Source of the DNA: Antedon mediterranea
Taxonomy: Eukaryota > Animalia > Echinodermata
Direction: 5' to 3'
DNA: 64,000 nucleotides
NCBI RefSeq assembly: GCF_964355755.1
Contig: NC_092677.1
Coordinates: 27,081,175 to 27,145,174 of the forward strand
A program made the translations under genes and the position numbers. Of the stretch, positions 32,960-47,055 are shown piece after piece; position 1 is the first letter of the stretch, and every line of letters begins with the position of its first letter. The notes under the pieces were generated by a model. That model ran no database searches. It had not been told where the DNA came from and was given only the letters and a program-made list of their open reading frames with translations.

Positions 32960-35498
32960 ATGCAATAGACGCACCGCATCAAGCCTAACGAAAAAACAGA
33001 ATGTCTTATCATGTTTTGCTGTCTACACTAGCAGAAACTAGCACCGGTGAAACTAGTTTGACAAAAAAAGTGTGATGTGCCAAAATATGGTGGTGATATG
33101 ACATCATCATGTCCATATGGGCACTTCACATTTTATTGTCATATAAAGTTTGATAGTGTAGACAGAGCTTTAGTTAGACATGTAGTCAGCAAACATGATA
33201 GGACAATCTGCTTAACAGATCGGTATACAGATGTACCCTTCTGTGCATTACCACGCCCGGTTGGGCTAAAATGATTCGTTAATAAAATGTAGTATAATTA
33301 AGGTGTTTCTTAACAAAGCCTTTTATTTGTTGAATATTTTCTATGAATCAAAGGGTAGGCCTATATAAAAGTTGAATTTGACCTTTTGTAATATATTCAC
33401 TATTTATTTTAAAAAAATACAAATGAATTCGATTACAAACAAGGCAAGTAGTCTGTTATTGTAATAAGTTTACAAATTATTGTCAAGTACAGTTCAGACT
33501 ACCTTCACAAAACTCGGAATTGGTTGTTCATAATTGTTCGTTGATAAAGTACCCGTACACGGTCTATTAAACCTACGTTTTGATTGCTATTACTGCCTGC
33601 ACCATTTCCAAAATGAATTATTAATATTTCATATAGATTGAATTTTTTTAGGGCGAATATCGACAAGAAATGAAGGTGAGAAGCAATCATATGAACGCAT
33701 CATCACCGATGTTTGATTCCCGTGATTGGATTTTAGGCCTGCAACTGATTTACTTTTATTTACTTACTGCTAATCGATTATTGATTTTAGTTGAGTTAAC
33801 TAATTTCGCAAATCGCACTGTACTGCCTATGAAATTGTACAGTAGCAGCAGTGGTTGGTTGTGTTGGGCTGAAGAGGTCGATGAATGACACACATCATGA
33901 TGATGTAGTATAATAACGATGTTGGTGATGATGATATGAAATATGATGACGGCGACGATAATGATATGATATGAAAGATGATGATATGAAAGATGGTGAT
34001 GATATGAAGTATGATGATGATTACGATGATTATGTATCAGGATGATGATGTCAATAACAGTGATGATGATGATGTTGCTGCTGCTCATGATATGATACAT
34101 GATGATGCCAAATACATGAGAAAGGTTATCCATAACTGGGTTTACTATATTGTATACCAGCATTTTATATTAATATCGAACTATAATCCTTGACCAGACC
34201 TGGCCGGACATCACGATTTCTAACAAACATATGGAATTTGCAACGAACCCAATGCAATCTTATAGACTTGATGATTGTTCAATTGTATGTTTATAAAAGA
34301 TGTGGGTCGGCGGATCATTCGTTGCTTTGTATTTAATACCAGCGCACCAGAACAGCATTCGTTTTAACTCACACATAAGTTGAATAAGTTGTATTTTTTT
34401 ATGGATTTTGATGAAAACGTGACCAAAAAAGTATTTACTGTAATAACATAACAAGCTAACAGACATTCACAAAATATCCCATCTCAACGAAAATATTTCT
34501 CCGAAATGATTATCACAAATGCTATGGTGGAAATTATATATTTCCTACATGCTAAAACACATTAGTCGTTCTGTTGAATGATATAAAAGTTAGACTATCT
34601 GGTACGTAGGCCTATTTAAGTATCTAAACTATTTCCAGCATGCATACAAACAAACTTGGACCATTTAAATTGTAGTAGGCCTCGACCAAATTAATCCCTG
34701 TTCTAGCTGCTTAATTCATATTCCAGAGCCTTGACTTAGGCAAGGATCAGCAATAATCGCCGTAAGATGGTCAAGAAAATTCTGAATTAAACAGAATGGT
34801 AGCTGAAGGCAGAACATGTGGGCGTTCCTTCTCGTTACTTAATATTTTGAATTTGTATGCCATTATTCATATATGAGTTGGCATTAAATTTCGTTTAGAA
34901 TCAGAGAGGTGTGTTGTCTACTAGGAGTAAAACGTAATTTACGCAATTAACGACAGTTCGAATGATTTGTCACGTGTGATTGGTTAGAATTATATGCGTT
35001 GCGTGTATATCATTGCGTTGCGTCGTAGTGAAACCAGGCCTATTGGTGGATTGTCGCGTTAATAGTGAAGTTGGTAATGTTAATGGTGATCTATATTTAA
35101 TGGTCATCCCTGGTATTTAGTGATAATGTATGGCACGCCATGGCGGACATAAATATATCGAAGTCATATACTCATGGGGTTTACACACAAAGCTATCCAT
35201 CGACATGCACATTGTTACCAAGGCCCTGGCGTGCCATAATAATGATACTATGGCACACAAAAAAACAATTGGTATACATACCACACGTAGATAAAACTCC
35301 ACAGGCTATCCAAATGACAAGACTCATTCCAACACTATCTGTCTGTCGCAATACCCCCTTAGGGGATATAAATATACCAGATCCTATGATTGTCCCCACT
35401 AACAGTGATACTCCAGCTAAAAGGCTAACTTGACGCTTAAGGACCACTTCGTCACCGCCTCCACCGGTACCCCCATCACCTTTTTCCTTTTCACTCAT
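27645..35498 (-). CDS. SLC7 heteromeric amino-acid transporter light chain (b(0,+)AT/SLC7A9-like)
   Basis: Exon 35498-35283 gives [31 protein letters not shown]. Exon ~32276-32049 has [16 protein letters not shown] and the heavy-chain-linking Cys (SGSCEVP). Later exons include [52 protein letters not shown] and [10 protein letters not shown]. The last exon ends ...PPTEKYKE* at 27645. Confidence 0.93.
31528..31932. mobile_element. Compound cluster of family B MITE copies
   Basis: Several tandem or nested gcttggttc(t/c)cact...gaccaatcacaagcga...ttgcgttacgtc units, ending ctagtgggaaccaagct. Confidence 0.75.
33884..34110. repeat. Degenerate (GAT)n low-complexity tract in an SLC7 intron
   Basis: Visible GAT/GATAT periodicity; a similar tract lies at ~28960-29180. 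Confidence 0.8.
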
Positions 35499-36328
35499 TT
35501 TTCTTCTTTATTCCTCAACAAACTGAAAAGAAATTTTAATATTAATGATTAATTTTTTTTTTTAAATCAACATTCCGCGTACAACAGATGTAACAGATAT
35601 TTTTTATTAAATCTAGTTATGTTTATGATGGTAGTAATTTATTCTCTACACTTGTTTTCAAGGGCACATCGCAATGTTCACATTCCTTGTCTTGCTTTTG
35701 TTTTGTTGGGGGTGGAGCAAATGGAGCTATTGTGTATTGGAAATCGATTTTGAAACAATACACTGTTAAATTAAGGTCACTATTTATGGATTTTATTATT
35801 AACGCTGGTTCCCACTAGAATGCAACGCAAGCTAGTTGACCAATCAAGCTAGTGATTGGTCAAATTGCGTTGCGTTGCATCCTAGTGGGAACCAAGCTTC
35901 AGTAAACAACATAATTGCATACATAATTTTTTCTATCACAGTTGCTATTTTTACCGTCCGAATAATGCGCAATATATTACAATTTTAACATGGTTTTAAC
36001 CCTAGAGAATGTAAAGTCCTCGAATTCCACTCGAAAAATTCGAGCGGGCATGATGCGTAACCGGCTTATTATGGTAAGGAATGTTCACAGTTTGTTTCTC
36101 CGGGCAATACCTATCAACGGGAGTCGAATTTCAATTCGCTTTCGAAAAGTAAAATGTATGCAGTTTTACTGTATGTCGTCCGTGTAGATGCATAACAGAA
36201 AAACATAATTAATTCCCCATTCTAAAATCACAGGATTTACCGAAGCCTTAACAAGCATTAACGATTTTCCTATTGCCTATTTGGCTGACCATTGACCTGT
36301 TATACAATGTCTTTTGAAACTTCAAGGT

Positions 36329-38090
36329 CTTGCATCAAAGACAAAAGAACAATGGCTATTTGAAGCATACTTATTCATGTGCGAATCAATACCTGTTGTT
36401 GTTTTTACAAGATTTTTTTACCATGGTTTATTTTTCACATTTTACTAAATCATGAAACAAAGATTTGACCAATGACGGATCATACGAACTGTCGCTTGTG
36501 ATTGGTCAACCCACTTGCGTTGCGCGTACGCCCTTGCGCTGCGTCCAAATCGGTCCACACACCCCGATCTAAGCACCATCGTTTATGCAATTTATAAACG
36601 TACTACTGTAGCTCTCACAAATATAGATTTGATATTGATAACAGTTTAGTAGTTTTTTCTCGTTTATCGATCAGTATAACCGTACCAGCAGATTTCAGTT
36701 GGAATACTGTTTATCATTTGCCGGCTGGAACACAGCAATGAACCATCGATTGACTGTTAGAATGCAGGAGATCTTTATGATTATAATTTAAATGTCGAGG
36801 CCTAATTGCTACGCACATGTAAAGTAATATGTTGAAAATATGACGTTGGATACATGACGTCACCTACACATTAATAATTATCACATTGACACGCCCACAT
36901 CCACACGTGACTTGATGTTTACAACTCGATGATTGCATCAGGCATTTTTTAACCTCAGAAAAAAAATTTTTATATCGTGTAAATGTTGGTGTACTATACA
37001 TCCTGTTTATGTTAAACATTAATTAGATACGGGACATTATATCACAAACATGAAATGTGAACGTCTGTTGTTGTCATGTAAATTGTTGATGGAGTGTGTG
37101 TTAGTACTGTTACTAGTATGTACTAATTCATAATCGTTCTATGATCAAACTATTAAATCAGTGACTAATTACATTATCATTTTCTATGTATTATTTACAG
37201 TGATACTTAAGTGCCACGGCAAACAAACAATCGGTGACCGTGGCACTTACGGACCACCGTACATTGGTATTAAGCCTGACCAAGGACGACCTTGTCACTC
37301 TAAGGACCTCAGCAGACTGCAGATCGGATACATTACATGAGATAGTCTTAACCCTCTTTTATTTCCATTGTTATAGCTGGTTATAGTCATAAATAAACCT
37401 TGTAAACATAGGTCTGAGTGTGACTCATTAGATATCATATATAATAATTCATACCAATCCATAGAGATTCATATTCCCTTAATTGTTACTAAAAAGACGA
37501 AAGTGGTCTTATATTGGAGGTATGAACTATGTCCGTACCCCTTCTCAGCAGGAGCGTCTATATATACAGTATTAGATGGCGTATTAGGTTAGTTGTAAAT
37601 AATAAGCCTAACATTTTTAGATACATTTCAAACAGACTGATACATCATACGACATACTACAGTACTATGTATACAGTACAGTACTCCTATGCTACTGTAC
37701 TACAAACTGCACAATGAGAATCAACAGACTGAACAAATGAACGATAAAAAAAACAACGTATTCGCCACGTGTACAACTAGTACCCACAACATTAAATGCT
37801 TCACGACACAAATTCTTGACAAAATACTAAATATTTTCGAGTTAAATGTCTAAAATAAGCGTAAAATACTCACGTAAATTGTAAAAAAACGGTGTGTGAT
37901 AACGTATTCCAAATGAAACAGACAAAATGAATGTTTTTTAATACAACCTAGGCCGCTACAGAAGAGTACTTGATCTTAGTAATCCTCACTCATGCTCACA
38001 ATATCCCTTAACCAGTAAGTAATTAAGTCTACCCAATGGACCAATCAAAAACTTGTTACGTCATGATTGACATGTTGTCTACCAATCACA
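36329..38090 (-). promoter_or_regulatory. Putative SLC7 promoter, non-coding exon 1 and intronic ATF4/CRE cluster
   Basis: Donor gtgagt (minus) at ~37873 and acceptor at ~35524. CCAAT at ~38033, 38041 and 38082; TTACGTCAT at 38056. In the intron: TGATGCAAT (minus) 36932-36940, TGACGTCA 36855, CACGTGAC 36904. Confidence 0.5.
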
Positions 38091-41048
38091 TTGCAGATAC
38101 TGAATACTAGTTATATACACTCACTGTTCACTGTCAATGAAAATACTACGCTTTGATATAAACAATACTGTAGGCCTACTTAATTTTCAGAAAAATAAGC
38201 TGAAAACATAAATAATTAAATACACTGTGTCTGATAAATCTACATTCTGCTGCACTTACAATGACTATCGGTGGTCTATGTTTTAACTATTAATCAATCA
38301 TTTTACAACTCCTGGTATGAACAAGGAAATTCATGCTGGTTTGAAACTGCTACGTCTGTTCTATTACTATTTTATATTTAAACGTTTTTACACAAAAGCA
38401 CATTCTTTTTGTAAAACAAGTATGAGGAAATATTCATGTCTTTCTAATAAAAGCTGTAACAATTGCTGATTTGTCTAAAACTGATGTTTTATATTGTTGT
38501 TGTGGGTTGGTCTACCCATGAGTTATAGTACAAGTCAATCTCTCACCAGAGGGGTGCTAACCTCCCTGGTGAGGGAAAAGTAGGCCCTACAGTCGGGCCT
38601 ACAGTATAAAATAAAGGCTTTATGTAGCCTGTGTAGAAACACTCCCAGTCAAGTTATTGTTTGATACTTATTTCAGATTACACGGACTAAAGACTTGATT
38701 GAATAGGCTATTGAGATTTAGATTGAAATCAAACTCTACGTCAATACAATTAGCAACAAATAACGCGCGAAATCTTGTAAACTCTTGGCATGAATCCACT
38801 TGTTTATATGCTCTAGGCTATTGGCCAAGTATGAGAGGAAACTGATGAACAATAGGAAACTAACAACCAGTTTTAGTTCAATGTTATTTGCAATCACATC
38901 CGCCAGACAAACTTAACAATGGATGAGGCATGGATGAGTTATAAATCATATCCTTTCCTGGAATAGAGAGAAGATAATTGTAAAGGGTCCAACCAGGAGA
39001 ATTGGTGGAAGGGGTAGGGGGTCAAATTCTTACATTGGTTTCTGCTGGTAACATTGTTTTAACCATTTAAATTAATTCATGTTACAGTTTATGAATGGGT
39101 GTATGTGGACCTCTTAATGAGGTATGGCACGCTCCTGTAATGAATCAGTATATGCTATTTGTACCGTAATATAATATATTTTTATTAATGTAATAAATAT
39201 TATCTTTGACTGTATCACCCTTAATTTGTTTCAATTTAATAACTGAAAGTAGCATTGACAATCAATAAATAACACGACGTTTGCTCCTCGTTTGGATGTC
39301 GAGCAAGTGAATAACGGTAAACACACGTACTGCAATAACATGGGATGAGATTTGATTGTGATCGATAAAAATATATGTTACATTTCACAAGATCAAGTTT
39401 TGTCAGGAGGTCCAGATGTAAGGCTCCGGTCACAACATATCGTCTGATGAAGAACAAGAAGTTGACACACAACTATTAACTATCATATTAATTAAAGTGT
39501 GTGTACAGTACGGTACGTACCTATTATGATTAAATGGGCGTATACACTAAGACCAGGTACGATGTTAGAAGAGGACTATTTAGCTGTAGATGAATACATG
39601 ACGTCTATCAGCTACTCTTGGTCCTTGGTTAGTTTATACCATACATTACGATATTTCTCAAGGCTATAAACAAAATGTACAATATGGAATCAAGTCCATA
39701 TGGTAGTAGCGGGTGTGGCATTATTATTATATAAATAAACCTTACAAACCTTATAATTGGAGTCTAGCCAAATTTGTATTGATATCATGCAGTTCAGTGC
39801 CATTCATAATTGTATGTACGTGTGCAGGAATTAATTTTCGCGCCATTTGTTGTTGTATAATAATAATTATAGGCTAAGTTTTGTTTACTCACTATAGTTT
39901 CGTATGTATAGAATATAGTGTTGCATGCCTTGAAAATAATCAGCTTTCGGTAAAAAGTTCATGTTTAATGTCAAAGACGTAACACTATTCTACGTTCTTG
40001 ACGAGTTCAGCCGAGAGATAAGACTGTTAAGAATAGATAAGACAGCAGAGACCGCCCATTTTATATACATAATAAATAACATTAAAGTCTAGATACGAGT
40101 ATTACTCTACGGTGCTATACTGTACAACAAGGAAATTCAAACACTAACTTTTCTTATATTAAATGAATAAATATATTACTGACTGGTACGGTTTGTTACC
40201 TTTGTCATGTCTCAATGTTGTATTGTTACCTCGAGTGCCCTAGGCCTACACTGCCATTTTCAAATCAAATAGTCCATACTCAATATGGTAACAATGAAGA
40301 CATAAATAAAAGTTATTTTTATTTTATTTTTATTTTTATTTTATTTACCGTTAGAGGACGGTAGACGAAAGAAACGGTAATTAAACAAAAAAATAATTTA
40401 CGCATGCGTGTAACGTCAGTATGTGACGTCATTTGAAACTTTTTTCCAATCAATTTGACTGTAAGACAAAGGAATTAGTAATAATTATAATAAAAACTAA
40501 TTTACGCATGCGTGTTAGCCCGGGATGAAACGTTATTTGAAAATTTGCACATGCGTAGAAGTCCAATATGTGACGTCATTTTGAAACTTTGTCCCAATCA
40601 AAATGGTCTGGAAGCATACACGGATTTTGCTGTGGTAAGTTACACGTGATTTAGTTGTTTAACCAAACATATCATATGTACTGTGAATTAAATATGAATC
40701 TTCTATTATTGAAGAAAAACATAATCGTAAGCCCTCTATTTCAGGTTTTGATTTAGGTCCATTTTTTGCTTGGACCACCTAGGCTAGCTACTTGGAGTAA
40801 GACTAAGTACTACGACTCTGTCCTGCGCGGTGCCGAGCGAGCCTGTGTCCCCTAGCTGTCGTCTGCTGCTGTGTTCCCCTGTCACGTGACCAATGTGTTT
40901 AGTTTGATCGTCCTGAAATTATATCCAAAGCTCCAAGAAAGTAACTCGTTTGAAACAATCACTGAATTTGTCACTTATTTTACGTCATCAATAATATAAT
41001 TAGCAAGAATTAATTAGTTATTGATTTAATATAAATATATTTTCTTGT

Positions 41049-44000
41049 TTAACTACTGCGACCGTCGACTAAGTTCTTGGAGAAGGCTCTCTGGTCGACT
41101 TTGCTGAACGGGTTGAACGGGTAGGTTAGCGTCACAGTCTTCGATAACGGCCCCCTTCTACAGTGTGATAAACGATGAAGCATTTCAGATGGAAATGGTC
41201 TGTAAAATGTAAAATATGTGTTTGTTAGTCTGAGCTAGGCTTACTCTCTAAGAAGTGAAATGCGTACCCTTGCTCCCCCGGCGGCCAATCCGAATGTAGG
41301 CATGTAACATTATGAAGTAGGCCTACCTGAATGAGCTCCTCATTGTACTGCTCGGCGTATAATCAGCAGTTAGCCTGCCCCTTGCCATTGGAACTTCAAG
41401 TGGTGTACGAGGTACAAAACCAGCGTAGCCTGGTGTTTGCCGTACACTAGAAAGAAAATCATTTTATCAATTAATAAAAAACGGAATTGAATTGAAAAGC
41501 TTGGTTCCAACTCGAAACGCCGACGCAATATATGTGAGTTGACCAACTATAGGTGTTTAGCATCTCTTTGGTCTTTCCTTGCATTTTATATTTGTTTTGG
41601 TTTTTTATGTATTGTATATGGCAGAAATTTAATAAAAAAAAACCAAAAACAAGCGACAGTTGGGATGATTCACGCGTCGTGGTTGGTCAAATTACTTGCG
41701 GTGCGCTTACGTTCTTGCGCTGTGTCCAATTTGGTACAAAGTTTTAACTCACTATGTTGATGTCAGTTTGTCATCTATGGACAATCGATACGTGTTTTCT
41801 TTGATTGGCACGTTGTTGCTGCATGGTCTTTAAAAAACAAAGAAAATGTGTTAATGTTTATAAAATGAAATAAAAAGTTCAATTACATTACAAATAAAAA
41901 AATATAATGTTTTAATGATATGTTTATAATAATATGCTAATTAATATAAAATTGCTGAGTAATTCTTGGTCCCACTAGAGACGCAACACAAGGACGTAAC
42001 ACAACGTAAGTTAGTGAACCAATCACAAGCGATGGATTATTCGAACTCTCGCTTGTCATTGGTTAACACGCGTGCGTTGCGTTTACGTCATTGCCTTGCG
42101 TCCTAGTGGGAAACAAGATTGACAGATAAGTAACGTACAGTTTATCCATTGTGTGTGTTGCAGCAGTCAACATCTTACGTGTTGAGATACTCGGCACAGT
42201 AGATCTCTCCTGCGGTAGGTCCCAACGCGTTGCAACACGTTGCCAAAGACGTGGTGCGGATTCGTAACGCTTTGGTTTACTCATGACCAGATCAGCATTT
42301 GCTTCCAGTGTGGTTCGTAAAGGTGGTTTCTGGTTAAAATATTAAAATGATAATCTTTGTTGAATCTTTAAATTTGCAACAGTGGCACAGGATAAAACGT
42401 TCACAATGACAGAACACATGTTACAAACAATAAAATAGAACAGGTGATTAAAAACAAATGATTATATTATTAATAAGGTAGAATATGAGGTTATTTGTGT
42501 TGCTATATTAAAAAATGATGGGCGTTCAAACTCTAAAAAAGCTTGGTGCCTATTGAACGCAACGCAAGGAGGAAAGCGCGTAAGCTGACTATAATCCCAA
42601 CAAACGTCGTTTTTTATTGGTCAACACTGGGCTTATTTCCTTACGTTCAAGTGGGAACCAAGCTTTATAACGTTCAACTGTTTGTTTCAAATGCTCTTGT
42701 CTCTGATTTCGTTTTTCGCATTAGTAATCAGCTTGCATTAATTAAAATGAAATATTAATTCATTGAAAATCCTGTTATGAAGCAAATTATAGGGTTCAAC
42801 GAACTAATTACTATCGGTCACTAGTAATAACCCTATTAAACAGGATAAGATAACCACATACTGCCGGCTTAATAAGGTTGATCACAAATAGCTTGATTTC
42901 GCGAGGAGAAACGTCATTGCACAATGCATGATGGGTAGGGTTTGGTACGCGTACGTACAAACAACAAATCACGTACGTACGCGTTGTGACGTTTGCTCCC
43001 AAATCCTTCCCATCATGCGTCGCGCACGCTATATGATCGCAAATAGCTTGATTTCGCGAGGAAACGTCATTGCACAATGCATGATGGGAAGGATTTTGTT
43101 AGCAAACTTCAAGACGCGTACGTACAAAACAACAAATCACGTACTAATCCTTCCCACCATGCGTCGCGCACGCTATTTGCGCGCGATAAACCTTATTTAT
43201 ATAAAGCTGTGTGAAATGTAATAATAATGAGGTCTGAAGTTAGCAATCATGATACCTCAATGACAGGCAAACAAGCCTGTTCGGTAGCCGCTCTAGTAGT
43301 GGATTTCCACCTGAAAACGCTACACAACTCGTCAATGGTTTCTTTATCAACCTCTTCCGAATACTCATCAACGTTATTAGCTTCTGGTAAAGCTGGCAAT
43401 GCCTCCGAGATATTCGCTGCTGGTTTGTGATACTTCTGTGGCTTACCACCAGTACTCAAGTTTGGTTCAACTTGGAAGTCTAAAGGCGCTGGTGCTCTTA
43501 CTATAGGCTTGTCATGAAACAGTCTAATAAAATAAATAAGAAATAATTGAAATCTTTAATGTGGTGGTCTTATGATCTGATAGATAACCATGCTCAATGA
43601 TCAGATTTTCTGTCCGATATTTGACAAAATTATACTTCTTTCAAAACGTGGGAATTCACTGAGTTATGCTTAGGTGATGTGAAGGGATATTAGCTTACTA
43701 TCTAGACTATAGGCCTATATTAATTGATTCGAGATGACGCTGCCGTTTTTGATTAAATAATTTTATTTTGTATAGGCTAAACATTGATAAAAATAGTTTT
43801 GACCTCGATTGCCATGAAACCAACAAAAGTATTATTGTATAATTATGAAGGGAATTTGTTTTTTCCTTCATGGTATAGGCCTAACTATATTTTGTCTCAA
43901 GAGTAGATTTCGTTCTGATAAAAAAAGTGATATATATCGAAAACGCCTATTGGAAAAAAAGAATACCCCCAATGACTACGACATGGGGCAAGTCTATCTT

Positions 44001-45409
44001 CCAAAGTAAGTTGTTATTGGAATGAGGATGTCATCTTCTGGGTGATGCCATGGTAGCCCTCACAGTTAATTAATTTACTGAACAATAATTTGTACTAAAT
44101 ATGTAAAAGCCTATGCATTGATCTTCTTGTTAACCCCAACCAATTATTTATATCTATTAACCCCATCCAGCTGCTACTGGATCAAGAAAGCCTTTCTTCT
44201 TTTGTTTAAATCTTCTTCATTCATTGTCTTTCTTAATCCTGCAGGCTTTAATACAAACTAAACGTAACCTTATGGCATCCTGTTTTTATTCCTTTTAAAC
44301 AAATAAATGTATTACGTAATAGCTCATTGCTGCTGGGTCTATTCTATTTCGGTGCGTATAAGTTCATTCTTTGTGTCAATCCAAAACAATGGCCCGGCAC
44401 AACGAGAAATAAAGAAAAGGATGATGACAATCTATTTCCGACATGGCCATAATACAATTGTGGGGGAAAATTATTGACGTTTGTCCTGACCAGGGTCAGT
44501 TGTCGCTAGCGTGTACTGGTAGACTCGTGTTTGGGGACCAAAATGTTTTTGAGAAAATGATAGATTCTAGTCTAGTATCCCATAGAGATATTATCTATGA
44601 GTATACTGTTTCTTTTTTAAAGTGCCAACCATTACGATGTTCTTATAATACTGAATAAAAATAGGCCTATTTGTGTAAGTTGTTCATTAAAAAGTCACAA
44701 CATCGTCTATGTACTTTTCCTAATTCAGTCAATGGACAATTAAATTGAATTACTGAAATGAATAATGACATTTGGTACACAATAAACATTATATTACCAC
44801 CGTACTCTGTAACACTTTTTATTCAATTATAAAACAATGATAAAAATCTGTAGCAAGATGTTTAAAACTGGACTGTAGGCCTAGTATGATTCCTGCAGTT
44901 TGATTTAATAGAAATAATTGGTTATTCGTTAATGATGTGTATTTAATAATCAGATTAAACACAAAGATGCAATCAGAGGCCCAATAACGCATATATGATT
45001 CAATTAGTTCATAATTAGAAAATATCTAGGTCTATACACTTAACGCTAAACATACCAGCAGAGGCGCGCATAGCCTAACTGAAATACATGAAAAAGTTAA
45101 TAATTATTAAATATTGGTTGGTCGCACTTTTTCGATGTTCAAACCGGGTATAAATTCATGGAACTATAAAATCATGTATAATATAATAACATTAACTCAC
45201 TGTATATTCGGTAGATGCGGTGAGATCGCCTCTAGATGGCGTTTAGGACCAATCGGCTCGATCGGAAACTTTCGTGGCTGTAATTTCGGAGCTTTTGTGA
45301 GCTCAATCGACGCAATTTGACGAAATTTCTTTAATGGTGGAAAGATCTTTTTAAAACCGTAACTGCAATTGTACGTTGTAGCATTTTCGTTATCAAAATT
45401 AACATCCAT
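41049..45409 (-). CDS. SPMIP7/SPATA48 (C7orf72)-like sperm/ciliary microtubule inner protein, 6 exons
   Basis: Exons 45409-45201, 43523-43256, 42329-42179, ~41827-41753, ~41446-41327 and ~41198-41049 splice in frame with GT-AG. Motifs TTLEANAD...KRYESAPRLWQRVATRWDLPQER, TPGYAGFVP and GPLSKTVTLTYPFNPF resemble recalled SPATA48 segments. Confidence 0.6.
42870..43197. mobile_element. Inverted-repeat-bounded element with an internal ~155-bp tandem dimer
   Basis: Ends aataaggttgatc / gataaaccttatt. The unit caaatagcttgatttcgcgagg...gtcgcgcacgctat occurs at ~42885 and ~43040. Confidence 0.65.
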
Positions 45410-45476
45410 ATCAAAGAAACATTGTTGGTTTTATCCACTCTAGTTAAATAAAATATCTTCCGCCGCGGAAGGAGGA

Positions 45477-45530
45477 GGCAATAGCAACGTACATAAGAGG
45501 TAGGTAGGTACGCATATCTGTCATAGCAAC
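45477..45530 (-). promoter_or_regulatory. RFX X-box-like motifs upstream of the SPMIP7-like gene
   Basis: GTTGCTATGACAG (45530-45518) and GTTGCTATTGCC (45488-45477), compared with the consensus GTTGCCATGGCAAC. Confidence 0.6.
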
Positions 45531-47055
45531 ACATAGGGAAGCGCATCTGGTGTTACGCGCTTCCGAAAGGACGTCGTGCGTCGTTTTCATATGCACGCGC
45601 GATAATACCGTAACCCATATTTCATGTTGCGCTGCGCACTGTAAATGCTGAAATTTTACTTATCATATTTTATTAATTTTCTTCAAATCTACACTATCAA
45701 AGTTTATGTGATGTGCCCATATATGGACACGATGACGACATATCACTACCAAATTTGGGCATATCACACTTTTTTTTGGTAAAACTTAAGTTTGATAGTG
45801 TAGACGGAGCTTTTAAACTACAAACGCAATAGTACATAGGCCTACAGTGTGTAAAAATTGACGGACATTTCAACATAAACTATTGAAAACGTGTATTTTT
45901 TAAAAGGAAGGAAGAGAGGGAGCCAGAAGGCAAATCAACTGGATAATTAATTGTTCCCATCATAACATCCAGCAAATTAATACAAAACAAAAAACAAACC
46001 AATAAAAAGTGCGTCAGTTGTGGTTTCATCAAGTTTTTCAAATAAACTTCTGTAGCATATTATGTGACTTGTTAATTCGGGGAAATCGAAATGGAACATG
46101 GAAATGATCATTGTAATTTGTAGGCTTGTAATAAATGGTACAAGTGTAGCCATTTTATTTGCAAAACACCAATTAATTAATTATTAACATTACTGTATAT
46201 ACAGTACTGTATGTTGATAATAAAGTTGTACTGTACAATTCACTTCACCGATGTTTAGCAAATTACATGGATCTTTCCAATACTTTACACACAAAGATAA
46301 ATGAATAATCAATTTGGGTTAAGATCTCATTTTTTCACTTCATAAAATCAGCCCACGGTTCGTGCTTATTTCCTTATGGTTAATTAAAGTTAATTCCTTT
46401 TAGAAGTAAAAACAAAACACGTCTTTGATGGACAGATAAATTTAAATTTTAATTTATTTGAATACAAATAACCTAAAAATTAAAGTGTTACACATTAGTA
46501 AATTAAATTGACTTTTTACAAAATTGTTTACGTATATACAATAGATGTTGAATTACTCCAAATTGTCCACACCTAAAATATGAAAAAGAGCAAAGTGGTG
46601 TATGTGTTGTGAACACAGGACGTGTTGACGGTACAGTACATACAGGTACTGTTCAGACAAACCTAAGTTAAGATGATAAACAAAGATTTAAAGTTACCAA
46701 AAACAAAACATGTTGCTGTAAAATAAGAAATAATAATATTAATGCTGTAATCACATTAAAACATTAATGTTATCCATATCAAACCAAATGCTATACACAG
46801 AAAATAAAATTGACACACTACAAACAGAAAATATCTAAGCATGATTTTTGTTAATGAAATTGTAAATACGATTATGTTGGGTATCACTTTGGTCTTGGCC
46901 AACATGTCCATTAAAAAACCTTAAAATATTTAATCACATTATAAGGATAGGTATTTGTTATTGCTATCAACATTAAAAAATTACAAATTATTGTGGTTAA
47001 ATCGGTGTACAAGAATAAAAATCGAAACATCTTTATTTACATGTATAGCAGATAT

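Noticed and set aside
33756-34193. His/Ile-rich and Asp/Met-rich ORFs (also 2890-3123, 20069-20293, 28967-29179)
   Set aside because: These come from degenerate (GAT/ATC)n tracts within introns.
38841-38865. CTGATGA...GAAAC hammerhead-like words
   Set aside because: There is no credible stem II or stem I/III pairing.
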